Shown here: one piece after another, positions 38,101 through 48,898 of the stretch
Numbering within the stretch: position 1 is the first letter of the stretch
Layout of the letters: every line of letters begins with the position of its first letter
Assembly (NCBI GenBank): GCA_964016885.1
Contig: OZ024742.1
Span: forward strand, 107,322,001-107,386,000
DNA from: Eledone cirrhosa
Lineage: Eukaryota
Direction: 5' to 3'
Length of the DNA stretch: 64,000 bases
Notes under the pieces: model-generated
The model's database searches: none
The model's input: only the letters and a program-made list of their open reading frames with translations
What the model was told of the DNA's origin: nothing
Translations under genes and position numbers: made by a program

Positions 38101-39309
38101 TTAACATTTCCTTACTATATTTCTAATGAAAGACACTGCCTTTAATTTTCAAATCATTTTAATATTACCCTTCTCCCTCTCAAACTGGTGTTTAGAACAT
38201 TAAAGGCTCTCACATAAAATGATGATTGAAAGTTTATAGATAAATATAAACATCATTGTTTTTACATCAACTTTTCTGTACTGACAGGGGTTGGATGGTA
38301 CCTTTCCAGACACGCTTTTAGTTACTTATTAAACATAGGAATATGATATACCTAGTCTAATCTGGATACACACAATTTAGTACATCATCATTTTACGTCT
38401 GCTTTTCCCTGCTTGCAAGGGTGGGATGGGAATTGATTCTGGCTGGATGCCCTTCTTAACACCAACCTCATTTACAGTGAGTGCTGGGTGCTTTTGTGCA
38501 GTGGAATGATGGGGACCCGAATCCCTATCATCTCATTTCTACAGCTGAGTAAACTGGAGCAATGTGAAATAAAGTGTTTTGCTCAAGGAAACAACACATC
38601 ACCCGGTCTGAGAATTGAACTCACAACCTTTTGATTGCAAGGCCAATGCTCTAACCACTACAGTAGAACCAAAAAGCAATTCCAAGTGATTTGGTATCAA
38701 AAGGGTTAAGGAAAGACATATTGGATTATGTAGTCCTAGATACACTGTGTCTCAACAATACCTGATGTATTGAAGTATTTTAGTACATGAATAGGAAATT
38801 AACTTTCATTACACTGTATTTGAATTAATGAAAAATTAGGTGAGATTTACTAAAATTATTATTTCAATATTAAGATAAGGTTCTTATATCAAATTATGAT
38901 GGAACCTTTTAAAAAGAGGTGGAGAACCACAGGAAGTCTGAAGTTTTATGTTGTGAATAAATTTCATTTTTCATTCTTGCATATTATGAGGTTAGACAAT
39001 GTCAAGCATGTTTCGTTTTTGACTTTTTTTTAATAGCTGGATGCCTTCCATAGCCCCAGCACTACCATCTTAGAGTGTACTGGCCATTTGATGTGGCATG
39101 AGCACTAACATTTTACAGGGCAGACTGGGAGCTTTACCATTATATTTACATAGAAGTAATATTTTACACATTTTCTTTTTCAGACTGATGTTATTTTCCT
39201 CAACTGTGGCCATGTTTGTTGTTGCTCTGAATGCTCCATTGACCTGGAGTTATGTCCGCTCTGCCGCTCAGATATTATACAGAAAATCCAAGTTCAGAAC
39301 AAAAGCTGA
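10432..39309 (+). CDS. LRSAM1: LRSAM1/Tal E3 ubiquitin ligase (LRR-coiled coil-SAM-PSAP-RING), 5'-incomplete, 18 exons, 627 aa in window
   Basis: Exons 10432-10516, 11410-11574, 14386-14433, 15484-15617, 17030-17059, 18268-18390, 19913-20000, 20518-20614, 22555-22625, 25510-25609, 25815-25902, 28362-28517, 32763-32858, 33490-33588, 34008-34139, 34640-34729, 37338-37493, 39184-39309. All are AG/GT flanked and phase-compatible (1884 nt incl. TGA). Recognised motifs: EVCSQGTEAIMKFLC, YIPPSQ, QKAAFEAL, DYWLVQYQRL, FLNCGHVCCC..CPLCR. Confidence 0.93.
11171..11370. mobile_element. Mariner-type MITE (~200 bp)
   Basis: Perfect 25-bp inverted repeat TCAGCTGAAAAGTTCATAGGCTGAC at 11177-11201 / 11338-11362 in TA-rich flanks; no ORF. 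Confidence 0.75.
11410..11574 (+). CDS. LRSAM1: LRSAM1 exon (LRR) GNKLKEIPTSLSNLSSLRTLDLSNN...IHPPT
   Basis: ttgtag| ... |gtgag; LRR consensus. Confidence 0.92.
11727..13141 (-). mobile_element. 5'-truncated, frameshifted RTE LINE (second subfamily), nested inside a SINE
   Basis: ORF 12048-12473 homologous to the RTE C-terminus; RT/PHD remnants to ~13140; CAT tail at ~11730; SINE halves at ~11630-11725 and ~13145-13200. Confidence 0.88.
14386..14433 (+). CDS. LRSAM1: LRSAM1 exon EVCSQGTEAIMKFLCS
   Basis: ttacag| ... |gtaag; LRR C-cap. Confidence 0.9.
14966..15123. repeat. 20-bp minisatellite (~8 copies, decaying 3')
   Basis: Unit TGTAGTTTTGTTAGTGTGGC. Confidence 0.9.
15484..15617 (+). CDS. 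LRSAM1: LRSAM1 exon ESGEEYIPPSQFVLQVL...
   Basis: catcag| ... |gtcagt; phase 1 to 0. Confidence 0.88.
15655..16340 (-). mobile_element. Old degraded RTE 3' fragment
   Basis: Residual PSEKWLCSISRK..IQCIHCKIWVHKKCSG and RTE tail motif. Confidence 0.7.
17030..17059 (+). CDS. LRSAM1: LRSAM1 30-nt exon QDIQKYANLQ
   Basis: Long polypyrimidine tract + ttacag|, CAG|gtaag donor, phase 0-0. Confidence 0.75.
17835..18228. repeat. 33-bp minisatellite (~12 copies)
   Basis: Unit ~CTCCCTGTGCATGTCATCTAAATTATTCAACAT; gives 11-aa periodic spurious ORFs. Confidence 0.88.
18268..18390 (+). CDS. LRSAM1: LRSAM1 coiled-coil exon EKKRQELM...IAQ
   Basis: ttgcag| ... |gtacgt. Confidence 0.85.
19913..20000 (+). CDS. 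LRSAM1: LRSAM1 coiled-coil exon EQMKLNEDL...LED
   Basis: tttcag| ... |gtaagt. Confidence 0.85.
20518..20614 (+). CDS. LRSAM1: LRSAM1 coiled-coil exon IEESATKLL...IEKE
   Basis: tttcag| ... |gtaagt. Confidence 0.85.
21110..21545 (+). mobile_element. Degraded 3' fragment of a different RTE-like LINE family (shorter related piece at ~19640-19760)
   Basis: Residual LTYGHESWVMTKRIRS*IQATEMG and QLRYYGHVVRM..RI motifs with stops. Confidence 0.7.
22555..22625 (+). CDS. LRSAM1: LRSAM1 exon DEQDQYYIVRYEEIANLRRKEVL
   Basis: ttatag| ... |gtaagt. Confidence 0.85.
23192..23505. repeat. Perfect 155-bp tandem duplication preceded by a G33 run (23150-23182)
   Basis: Copies start at 23192 and 23347; CCAC microhomology at the junctions. 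Confidence 0.9.
24065..25450 (-). mobile_element. 5'-truncated RTE LINE (third subfamily) with disrupted ORF and shortened 3'UTR
   Basis: ORF 24515-25195 with GVHQGSVLSP, LYADD and PHD finger; CAT tail at ~24065. Confidence 0.9.
25510..25609 (+). CDS. LRSAM1: LRSAM1 exon NRMEEILNSS...NALE
   Basis: aaatag| ... |gtaaat; phase 1 to 2. Confidence 0.82.
25815..25902 (+). CDS. LRSAM1: LRSAM1 exon EMNSTLFLDD...LTEQ
   Basis: tcccag| ... |gtttgt. Confidence 0.85.
27552..28020. mobile_element. MITE-like element with ~48-bp imperfect terminal inverted repeats
   Basis: AAATTACTAGTGCATTAACAG..TGCTATTGTGTA at left versus TACACAATAGCA..TGTTAATACACCAGTAATTT at right. Confidence 0.6.
28362..28517 (+). CDS. 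LRSAM1: LRSAM1 exon ENLQKAAFEALLMQKD...MEK
   Basis: tatcag| ... |gtatgg; QKAAFEAL motif. Confidence 0.9.
28949..31435 (+). mobile_element. 5'-truncated young RTE LINE, near-identical to 3481-5978 but inverted
   Basis: Open frame EQIETF...MTWE* matches the 1001-aa ORF with few substitutions; same 3'UTR and (GAT)n tail; 5' junction in a (TA)n run. Confidence 0.95.
31700..31905. repeat. 28-bp purine-rich minisatellite (~7 copies), unrelated to the large satellite
   Basis: Unit GGAAGGAAGGAGTGATAACGTCGACTTA; TGATAAC at 31743, 31771, 31799. Confidence 0.88.
31985..32330 (-). mobile_element. tRNA-derived CORE-type SINE with RTE-derived 3' tail
   Basis: Minus strand: box A TGGCTTAGTGG, box B GTTCAATTC, CORE-like CCTTGAGCAAGACACTTTATTTCAC, then the RTE 3'UTR motif and (GAT)n. 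Confidence 0.8.
32763..32858 (+). CDS. LRSAM1: LRSAM1 exon NILVDKRIAL...KMRL
   Basis: ttacag| ... |gtgagt. Confidence 0.88.
33490..33588 (+). CDS. LRSAM1: LRSAM1 exon TEMEEQ...DYWLVQYQRLMDRKPQALIDQ
   Basis: tcatag| ... |gtaagt; YWL.QYQRL motif. Confidence 0.92.
34008..34139 (+). CDS. LRSAM1: LRSAM1 SAM-domain exon 1
   Basis: EYIPLFARHHITSEILYHMTEDDLKQ; ttaaag| ... |gtgag. Confidence 0.92.
34225..34412. mobile_element. pogo/Tigger-like MITE
   Basis: TIR TACTGTATATACTTGAATATAA / TTATATTCAAGTATATACAGTA with TA ends. Confidence 0.75.
34640..34729 (+). CDS. LRSAM1: LRSAM1 SAM-domain exon 2 MGVHELGIRRAIM...
   Basis: caacag| ... |gtaag. Confidence 0.9.
37338..37493 (+). CDS. LRSAM1: LRSAM1 exon with PSAP motif and RING start (ECSICLD)
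   Basis: ttccag| ... |gtaagt; PSAP at 37371-37382. Confidence 0.92.
38383..38660 (-). mobile_element. Second copy of the CORE-type/RTE-tail SINE
   Basis: Closely similar to 31985-32330, with internal deletions. Confidence 0.78.
39184..39309 (+). CDS. LRSAM1: LRSAM1 last coding exon, RING finger
   Basis: TDVIFLNCGHVCCCSECSIDLELCPLCRSDIIQKIQVQNKS*. Confidence 0.94.
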   Translation, partial: TDVIFLNCGHVCCCSECSIDLELCPLCRSDIIQKIQVQNKS

Positions 39310-39923
39310 TCACTGCCAATTTTATTTGCATTCATCATCTGAAAACATCATATTCAATATATTTCAACTACTATACAAATAATGGCTAAATTGAGAATAT
39401 AACCCTTCTTGATATTTTCACTTGCTTCTGCTTTACTGGAAAGTTATTGCTAGCCAGCTTATATTCTTCATAACACTAGTGACTATCATATTTATTATAA
39501 TTTCATTTTATATACATAAAGACTACTATAATGAATGTATTTATACTTTTTATCTTATTCAGTAAATGAACTTTTTAAATGCAAAATACTCATTCTGCCA
39601 CATTTGAACCTAGCTGGAATCTCTTTCCACATTTGAATACTATGTTGGCCTCATTATTAAACCAATTGTTGAATAGTTGTCAAAACCTAAAAGCAGCTGC
39701 AGTATGAGAATTGGAAAGAATGCAACATTGGTGCACTGGTGTTTATTTCTTTGCATGTGTTATGTGCCTTTTTTCCAGCAATTTATTTCTGACATTTTTA
39801 TCCACGTCTTTGGATTTCACATGTCTTCTTTGAATGTGCTATAACTTTTAAAAAAAGCCCAAAAAACCAAATCTGTGATAATGCATTTTGAAATACAAAA
39901 TACAACATTCAAGAAATTTTTTT

Positions 39924-40020
39924 AATAAATACAGCAAATTATGTCAGACAGTTAGTTCAAATGTAATAAAAGTAACTCAAACTAAATAAAAAAAAAAGAA
40001 AATTTATTAATTCATTTATT
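39924..40020. terminator. Convergent polyadenylation signal cluster for LRSAM1 (+) and POLE3 (-)
   Basis: AATAAA at 39924, 39965, 39985 (+); TTTATT at 40003 and 40015 (-). Confidence 0.55.
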
Positions 40021-40311
40021 CAAAAAATTGTTCCTTATGAAAAATGATGCATGCTAGTGAGTGCACTAGCATGTTTTGAATGATGATCAGGTCTCTGAAG
40101 CCAAACTTTGGCAACCAACAGGGCGAGCAAGTCCATCAAATGGCTTCTACTTATATATTATATATATGTACACTTACAATAACTGTCCTCGTGAAAGACG
40201 GGCACAGTTCTTTGTTTCTCTCCTCTAACTCTCCCTCCAGCTAATTTACACAGTCAGAACAGGCTCTCTTCTGTAGTAAAAAACTTGGTTCCCACAACAT
40301 CAGCAGTTTTT

Positions 40312-40326
40312 TCAACCAAGAGCCTC
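40312..40326 (-). CDS. POLE3: POLE3 probable last coding exon (EALG*)
   Basis: Polypyrimidine tract + catag acceptor, phase 0, followed by 3'UTR and polyA signals. Confidence 0.6.
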   Translation of the reverse strand, partial: EALG

Positions 40327-43300
40327 CTATGAAACAAAACAGAAAAGAACATTTATATAGAGTAACACGTAACATGTATTTCAGAGGATGATTACTACAT
40401 CTACACATTGTATTACAAGTGAGTTTTCTACTTGGGTAGCAATTAATAGAAGTGGTTTCCCACCTGATGTCTTTCATTTCTACAGGTATTAAGTATCCAT
40501 CAAATATGACATCTTTTAGAAAAGAAAACTATGTAATTAATTCTTTTAAACTTTCAGAAAATAAATTCCAATATCAACAACAACTGTTCCACATTATTAT
40601 TATGGGTGGCAGAATTGTTAAAGCATTGAACAAAATAATTGTTTCTACTTTAGGCACAAGGCCAGCAATTTTGGGAGAAGGGAAAATCGATTAAATCGAC
40701 CCCAGTGCGTTACTGGTGCTTTATTTACCGACCCCGTATGGATGAAAGGCAAAGCTAACCTCGGCAGCATTTCAACTCAGAACGTAAAGGGCCGTAATTA
40801 TGCTGCAAAGCACATTGTCCTACGCTCTACTGATACTGCCAATCTACCACATTGAACAAAATAATTGTTTCTACTTTTGGCACAAGGCCAGCAATTATCC
40901 CAGTGTATTACTGGTACTTTATTTTATTGACCCCGTAAGGATGAAAGGCAAAGTTAACCTCGGCGGGATTTGAACTCAGAATGGCAAGGGCCGTCACTCT
41001 ATGCGTCAAAGCATGGCATCCAACCCTTACCAATACTGCCAATCCACACATTGAACAAAATAATGCACAGTATTTATGTTCTGAGGAAAAATTTGTCTTT
41101 CATCCTTCCAGGATCAATATAATTGACTTTCCCCGCACCAAAATTAGAAGTCATTGTTATTCATTAAGGCAGTGGATTAGTTAAATCATTAGAGTGACGA
41201 ATAAATGCTCTGCTGTATTTGTTTAGGTTCTTTACATTCTGAGTTCAAATATTGCTGATGTCAACTTTGTCTTTCATCATTCCAAAGTCGCTAAAATGAA
41301 GAAGCAGTTAATTACTGGGGTCTAGATAATCGATTTTCCACCACCCCATAAATTATTTGCTTTGCGTTAAAATGAAAAACCATTATTATAATTGTTATTG
41401 GAGTTAATGTCTTTAAAGTTAGATTTTATCAAGAAACAATCCAAAACCTGTCACGTGTGTACCCTTGAAAACTGTGACACAAACCAGTTCACTGCTGTAA
41501 GCAATGACAACTAGATCCCAACTTTGGCTTATACAACAAAATACCATTTCTGCCAGGTGGTAGTGACAGTGCCACAATAAAATCTGCACGGTACATGCTA
41601 TGAAATGGCTGGCATTGGGATAGGCATCCAGCTGTAGGAACTATGAGCATGATGCAGTCACCTGACCCGTCCAGCCTCATAATGCAACAACCTGCAAGCA
41701 TGGAAAATATATGTAAAATAGTGATAAAGATTGTGATCATAGCCTAAAAGTCAGAGAGACGATCCGCCTCCACCAGTTTAAAGGTTTTCCCAAGATATTT
41801 TAGCAAAAACAATAACAGCAACTTAACCCTTTAGCATTCACATTGAATTGTCAAATGTCATGTTCATCTATTCGCATTATTTTCACTTAATTATACTCAA
41901 GAGGGTTATCAATTTTATTTGTTTGTAATTACTTTAATTTTCTATGTGCAGACTTGAAATTTTGTCAGTAGATGTTTAAATAACTATAATTTACAATTAT
42001 ATATTTTTACCTGATTTTTTTTGTTAAATTTGACTTTTATGGGCAGGTGAAATTAATTAACAGGTGTAAAAGTAATAACTTTATGGATAAACACAAAAAT
42101 TTAAACTTTATCTGCCTTATCTGTTAGATTTGTTGCAAAAAAATCCAATAATGACCTAGATGCTGATTTCCATCAATTCTAGCAGTTTTCTGAACAGGTG
42201 AATTAATTAAAAATGCAGGTGTAATCAGTACACGGTTTTAGTCTTTCTCTACATTCCAGGCAAATATTTTCATTGAAAAAAATGTATAAAACCTTTTCAC
42301 CAGTCAAAATAATATTGGCAATGTACTCTGTAAATTACGTAATAGAAAGTTCCCAATATATAAGTTTATACACACTTTTAAATTTTTCTGACAATATTTC
42401 AATTAATGGTCGTACTTTGTACAGTGGGTCGTAATTTGATTCATTTCTACCAGGGGCATTTGAAGTATCAACCAGATGCAAATACTGGTTTAATTTAATG
42501 AATCTCGTTTTTGCCATAATACTAGATATATAAGGGTCACCAAACCTTATATCAGTACTCCAATAATTCCACAGTCGTGGAAATTGTTTAATACCAAACA
42601 TAATATTTATGGTAAAAAACGCTTTCATTTCGGCAGAATCTGTCGGACAACATAACAGATCGGGTTTTCCGATATTAGAAATTTGTTGTTGTGCATAGCG
42701 ATTTGCCACAACTTCGAAGAAAGATTGTGGTAAAAATAAAAAATAATAATCCAGTGCTTTAGCATCGGGTGGTAATGTGTGTTGTGGTCCAATATTTTCA
42801 GTAAAATCCGAAACATGTATCGATGTTGTTTCTTTCAACCACATTGCTATTTTTTCAATGGTGTCAGTCAAATCTTCTCTTTCACTTTCAAAGTAACTAT
42901 CATCATTATCAGATATATCAGAAATAAATATATCTGATTCGTTTGAAGATAAATCACTGATATTATCTTCTGTTTCTTTTTGATCTCGAATGTCGTCGGA
43001 CGTAAAACCTTCAAATTCGTTGTCGCTACTTTCGGAAGCCATGTTACACTTTCAATGTTAAAAACACGTGTTATCGCAAGTTCTTTAACTATACTAAGAG
43101 TTAATTTTCGCGCGTAAGGGCTTTATCTCGCAGTAATCTCGAATTGACGAGATTTCGATGATGTCAATGTTTATTTTTAGAAGGAAATCTCCGTGTGGTA
43201 TTAAATGTCGGTTTTTGTCGGTTTGAATAAATGAAAGGGGACATAATCTTGTCGGTTTTTGTCGCTTTGAATGCTAAAGGGTTAAATTGATGAGGACGTG

Positions 43301-46300
43301 CCACAAGTGAATCTTATCTTTTTTCAGTATCATCACCAACATCACTTTACATCTGTCTTCCATGCTGGCATGGGCTGGAAAGTTAGAGCTCGTGCCTTGC
43401 TCATGTTCCATATATGACATAGCTTCTATGACTGAATGCCTTTTGTAACACCAAAAACCTTACAGGCTATACTGGGTGTGTTTTATTGTGGAACCAGCAC
43501 ATTACAGAGTATACAAGGTGAATTTTATGTAACAAGAAATGTATTGTATGCATTTTTACCATTGCTCTAGCACAACCACAGTGGAGATAATGAAGGCATG
43601 CAACAAATAGAGGGATACTGTGTTGGAAAGAACCTGTCCATCCCATGCAAGCATGGTAAAGCAGACATAAAATGCTGATGACTTGACCATAACTCTCCAA
43701 CTCCCTATTAAACAGAACATATACAAATGAAGTCTTCCATATATTGACACACTTACCTCATCGTCTGTTTCAATATAGTCTTCATCTTTAGAGTCCAATT
43801 CTTCTTCCTCCATACTGCCATCTTCTTCCTCCTCTTCATTCTCATTCTCATTTTCATCACCTTCCTCTTCATCATCTATCACAATAGTCTCTTCTTTGGC
43901 TTTTCTTCTTTTCTCAGAGGCTTCCTTCTTTCCTTGCTGTTCTCTGCGGAATGCTGCAAATATAAAGAATTTAATTAAGATATCCTGGTTTTTAAATTAA
44001 AATCATGATGGAAGGTTTTTAAATAAATAGAAAACTATTTTGAAGTGCTATCATTGAACAAGAGTGAGTTTGGTATCAAAAAGGTTAAGGAAATGTTAGA
44101 GTTGTAAGAGACAACAAAAAGGGCAGGTGCCTGGGAGGGCATCCAACTGTAAAACATTATCATAAAAGATCCCATGCTAGCATGGAAAACTGGATGTAAA
44201 AACAATGATGATGATGCTGTATAAACTAGACTATTATATTCTATCAAGGGCTCTACATGAAGAGGCAAAGCTGTTCATCATCTTCATTTAATGGCTGCTT
44301 TCCCTGCCAGTAAGGACTGGACTGATTGTCTTAGACTGATTCAGCACAAAAGAGGAGCCATTGACCTTCAGGTGGGCCAATCAATCTATTAAGTGTATTA
44401 TATCATGGCACCAACACGTGATTCTGTGCTCTACTAAATATATTATATCACAGCACCAGCACTCAAGAGAGTGTTGTCGTTGACACAACTGAAGAGTCTT
44501 CTCGTCCCTTTGTCTGGCAGGTTTTCTATGGCTGAATGCTCTTTTTATCACCAACCACTTTACAGATTGTGCTGGGTGCCTTCAGAGTTTAAATCACCAA
44601 CACTAGATAGTACTTCCAAATTAGTAATGAATCAGCAACAAAGACAGGTCACTGATAAACTAACAAAACATCACTGACCCCTTTTACACCAAACCACCCT
44701 TGGGTCTATGATATAAAGCCATTTGTTTTTAAGTGTTATATTTAAATTTTAACCGTCCACCATAATTTTGTTACATTATAATTCAAACAACAGCTTCAAA
44801 ATGAGGAAATTATTTTACTAAATACCTCAAAATTTTTGATTATCTTTATAATTAATCAAGAATCAGTCAGTATTTTTCATTAGAAATATGGTAACAAAAC
44901 ATTTAATTCCTGTAACATATTTCCCATTGCAATTACTTAAACTCTAATGACAATATGTTCTTTCTGCCCATAAAAAATTTATAAGACACTAATATACACA
45001 TCATCACCAACCATTCATGTCCACTTTTCCAGGCTTGCATGGGATGGAGGAGGGTCTTTGCCAGCTTGGCCTCCATACACTTGTGTTCCTTTGTCATTTC
45101 CTCTGAAGTTCAGTGTTTTGAAATCAGTTCTCTTCTGACCAGATCATGTGGTTTTCTATTGCAGCATCGTTCCACTAAGATTTCTTAGCACACTCATATG
45201 TGTCATATGGCCATATTAGTGTAATCGTCTCTCTTGCACATTACAGCTGATTCCACTTTACCTAGTTTTCCTTTCAGTTCACCCATGCTTTGTTGTTCAT
45301 GCATATTAACAACACATATATCCATTGAAGCACACTTGCTTAATTTCTCTCCAGCTTTTGCATAATCTCTGCACTCACTGCCCATGTTTCACTTCCATGC
45401 AACATTGCACTTCACACACAGGCATCATGCTGCCATCATCCATGTAATGGCAATGTAATAGAAATTAGTTTTTATCACATGGTTTTAAATATAAATCATA
45501 GGGCTTAATAAAGGATGAAAATTCTTAAAATATAAATATAAACTGGGGTATGTGCTTTTACAATATAAAACTATCAAACCAAAATGTATAATGGGGTTCA
45601 AACCATGTGGTTACTCCTCACAACTATTACTGTTAAATTTACCAACATCTGCCAGAGCATTGGATGAAATTAATATCAGTTAAATACTGGGAGCTGTTAT
45701 GTAATTCACCATATAACCACCCTCAATATGTGTTGTGACTGTAGCATAGTAGGTAATGTCAATATGTTTGGTTTAGAAAAAAGTTTCTTAGAATCTAGCC
45801 TGGGTCCAAGTACATGACCAGAGTTCAAACAAACCAAGACATAATACAGAGTAATCACCCTAAAAAAATGATAAGACTCAACTCTTAACATCCTGTATCA
45901 CATGAAACCGCATTAGTAAGACATTCTGGAAAAATACAAAATATCACTATGACTGCATCACATTAAAAATTGGAGTCTTTCCTCTGATATTGCAAGTTTG
46001 CACAATTTGACCTCTAGTAAAGATACTATTAAACATTTTCATTCAGTTTTAGATACTTTCTGCAAAATTATTAAAGGATCATTATCACTGTTAAATGTCA
46101 AATTTCCATGCTTGCAAGGGTTAGATATGCTATCACTTACTAAGACTAGACAGGCTAGGTGACATCTTGCTTGTACACTTCATGTTTTGGCTTCCTAATG
46201 CTAATCAATTAACAGTATGGACTGGGAGCATTTTATCATGATTCTAGCACTACTACCTTACAAAGTAGACTGGGTGTTTTGATGTGGCATCAGCACTACC

Positions 46301-48898
46301 TCATTAAAACACTAGGGTGCTCAGCATGTAAAGCTGGGGAGGCATTGATAGAAGGGGGTTTAAAAACGAAATGGCTACAGGCTACATGCTGATTGCCAGG
46401 AGATGTTAACAGCTATTATCCACTCCATCAAGAGATATTTAAACAGAATAAGGTTTACTTACAATCAAGACACAACTTCAAGGGGTCCAAAAACTGATCA
46501 AACTCCATGTCCTGCATGGCTGACAACACATCCTGAGCATTGATGGTTTTCCTCTTTGACCTTAATGCAAAATTATTGGAACTGAAACAGTAAAGAAAGA
46601 GTTTCAGGTTCAAATGCCAGTGGGCTGGAAATGGGAAATAAAGTAACAGGGGAGACAATCATCTGATACAACACTTACCAAGATGTAGCATAAAGAACAA
46701 AAACACTAGCTGCTTTGGAGATGGCTAACCGAGCTTCTTTTGATACATTTACACCATCAGGAATCTGAAAGAATATTACAGTGGAATGTGAAGATGAAAA
46801 ATCAAACAATTCTGTTCTAATTTTTTTATGGTTTAGTCAGAAGAACTCTGAAACTGGTCTGAGAATGTTAGAATCGTAATTGTGTGATTTAGAAGTTGGC
46901 TTCTAAAACAAATAGTTCTCTGTTCAATCCCACTACATGTCATCTTTGCTAAGTGTCTTATGCTATAGCCTCTTGCTGACTAATGGCTTCTGAATGAATT
47001 TGGTAGATGGGAACTCTGCAGAAGCTCATCATTTGTATATAGTTGTGAATGTATATGATGTCTTCACCTCCAAAATCATTACATTGATGAATCTCTACCA
47101 TATTGAAATGGATAAGCAAACAATGGTACATAGGTTTGCTGTTTGCTAAACAAGGAAGCATGTGCATCAAATTATCACACAAGAGACCTGATTAGAATAT
47201 CTGCAACAGATTGGACAACACAGTGTTAAATTAAGTGACAGAACAGTTACAGATTTAGAGGCATCAACAAATTTTCTGCCAATCCAATTTCACTCATAAG
47301 GCTTGCAGTTGGCTAGAAGCTACCCAAAAGACAGTTATCCAAGCTGTTTTCTTAGGTGTTTTAATGATGGCAGCCCCAGCCACATCATGGCAATGTGAAA
47401 TGAAGTGACTTGCTCAAGAACACAATGTGACACTCAGTCCATGAATGATTGTGAGTCCAAGTCTCTAAGCAGTAGGCCACACACCTTCACCACAATATCA
47501 TACGGAAACAATCTTACCAGTGTTGGAGAGTTTGCTCTGCCCCACCCTCTCGATAAACAAAGATAGATGAAATAAAATAAAACAGTATTCTGCCCAGAAT
47601 CATAAGTAGTAAGTTGGATTACATGATCTATGAGCAGATAAAGTACAACAGATGATGCTAACCTCTACAAACAGCACTATACATAATAAATTCTACACTG
47701 AAAATGCATTGCATGATTTGGGTTGGTATATATATATATAAGATAAATTGGGAGTCATTAGAACGACAGATAGAGTGCTTTGGGGTATTCGATCTGGCTC
47801 TCTTAGTTCAAATCTCACCGAAGTCAACTTTGCCTTTCATCCTTTCGAGGTCGATAATAAAAAGTACCAGTCTAGTACTGAGGTTGATTCTTCCTCTATA
47901 TCTCTTTCTATCCTTCTCTGGAAGAAATCTGTTGTACTCAAGTCTAGAGAGGAATGGGCTCCACCAGGCTTGAAAATGCCCAAGAAACGCCCTGTCAATA
48001 TGGCACCCCTACTACTCAACCAGGAGTTATGGGACCATACCATATATATATATATACACACATAGTTTGCAGCACCATTTATGATTTTTTTTCTACATAC
48101 ATTTCAAAATTTATGTCCACTTTCCCAAAATGGAATAGGCTGAAGAAAGACTTGAGACAGTATTATACAACCAGATGTCTTTTCTGATACCAACTATTAC
48201 TTGTTTTAAGGTAATATTGTTTATGCAGCAAGACAGAATTCATAACAGTGTGCTTGAAAAGGAAACTTAACCACAGTCAGGCCTGTACTTAAAATGTTTA
48301 TACCATTTTACTTAAAAAGAAAAATTTGAAGAAATTCAAATCAAATTTATGGTAAGGAAAATTGGAAACACTTCATATGAAATTGAATGATTGAAATAAA
48401 ATAAATAAACAGTATAAGACTGTAAGGTGATAGGAAGGGCATCTAGCTTTATAAACCATGCAAAACAAAGGGTTGAGAAGACTCTTTAATTGTGTGAAGT
48501 AGATGACAACCTCTCTAGCATTGGCAACTCAAGTCCTCCAATACACCCTGTAAAATAGCACCCAGCTATAGAAAACGTGCTAAACAAAAAGTTGAGAGGA
48601 CTCTTCAGTTGTTTCAAAAATATGACAATTTCTAATGCTAGTGCCATGATAAAATGCACCTAGTGCACTCTAGAGAGTGTGGGAATGTCTGCAAATGAGA
48701 TGTGACCCCCAGCCCATCTGGGAGGTCAGTAGCTATAATCAGGTACAGACTTAGCCAGTTATGATTCATCAAACCCTGACTAGCAGGGGAAATGGATGTT
48801 AAATGACGAAATGTAAATAATAAATAACTCACAGCTTCCTTGATAATTCTTGTAATAACAGCATTTGGTAGGTTTAGATCTTCAGGTCGCTCAGCCAT
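40312..48898 (-). CDS. POLE3: DNA polymerase epsilon subunit 3 / CHRAC17 (histone fold + acidic tail), ~160 aa, 5 coding exons
   Basis: Exons 48898-48833 ([22 protein letters not shown]), 46764-46679 ([29 protein letters not shown]), 46581-46463, 43953-43757 (acidic), 40326-40312 (EALG*; least certain). GT/AG flanked and phase-compatible. Confidence 0.93.
40600..41150. mobile_element. Nested SINE cluster: two minus-strand SINEs inside a plus-strand SINE
   Basis: 15-bp CATTGAACAAAATAA at 40624, 40850, 41049 separates two tRNA-SINE copies (GGATGAAAGGCAAAG..AACTCAGAA). Confidence 0.75.
41827..43281 (-). mobile_element. Internally deleted piggyBac DNA transposon in the last POLE3 intron
   Basis: TTAA target duplication (41823-41826, 43282-43285); 14-bp TIR CCCTTTAGCATTCA/TGAATGCTAAAGGG; transposase N-half ORF. 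Confidence 0.92.
42335..43042 (-). pseudogene. Truncated piggyBac (PGBD4-like) transposase, 235 aa, lacking the DDD catalytic core
   Basis: Acidic N-terminus, [34 protein letters not shown]; ends at ELSI, where the first catalytic D is expected. Confidence 0.85.
43757..43953 (-). CDS. POLE3: POLE3 coding exon 4 (acidic tail)
   Basis: [26 protein letters not shown]..; |gtaagt. Confidence 0.92.
46463..46581 (-). CDS. POLE3: POLE3 coding exon 3
   Basis: [35 protein letters not shown]. Confidence 0.95.
46679..46764 (-). CDS. POLE3: POLE3 coding exon 2
   Basis: Histone-fold helix; ttcag| ... |gtaag. Confidence 0.95.
48833..48898 (-). CDS. POLE3: POLE3 first coding exon
   Basis: [22 protein letters not shown]|gtgag; acceptor upstream at 48925. 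Confidence 0.95.
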
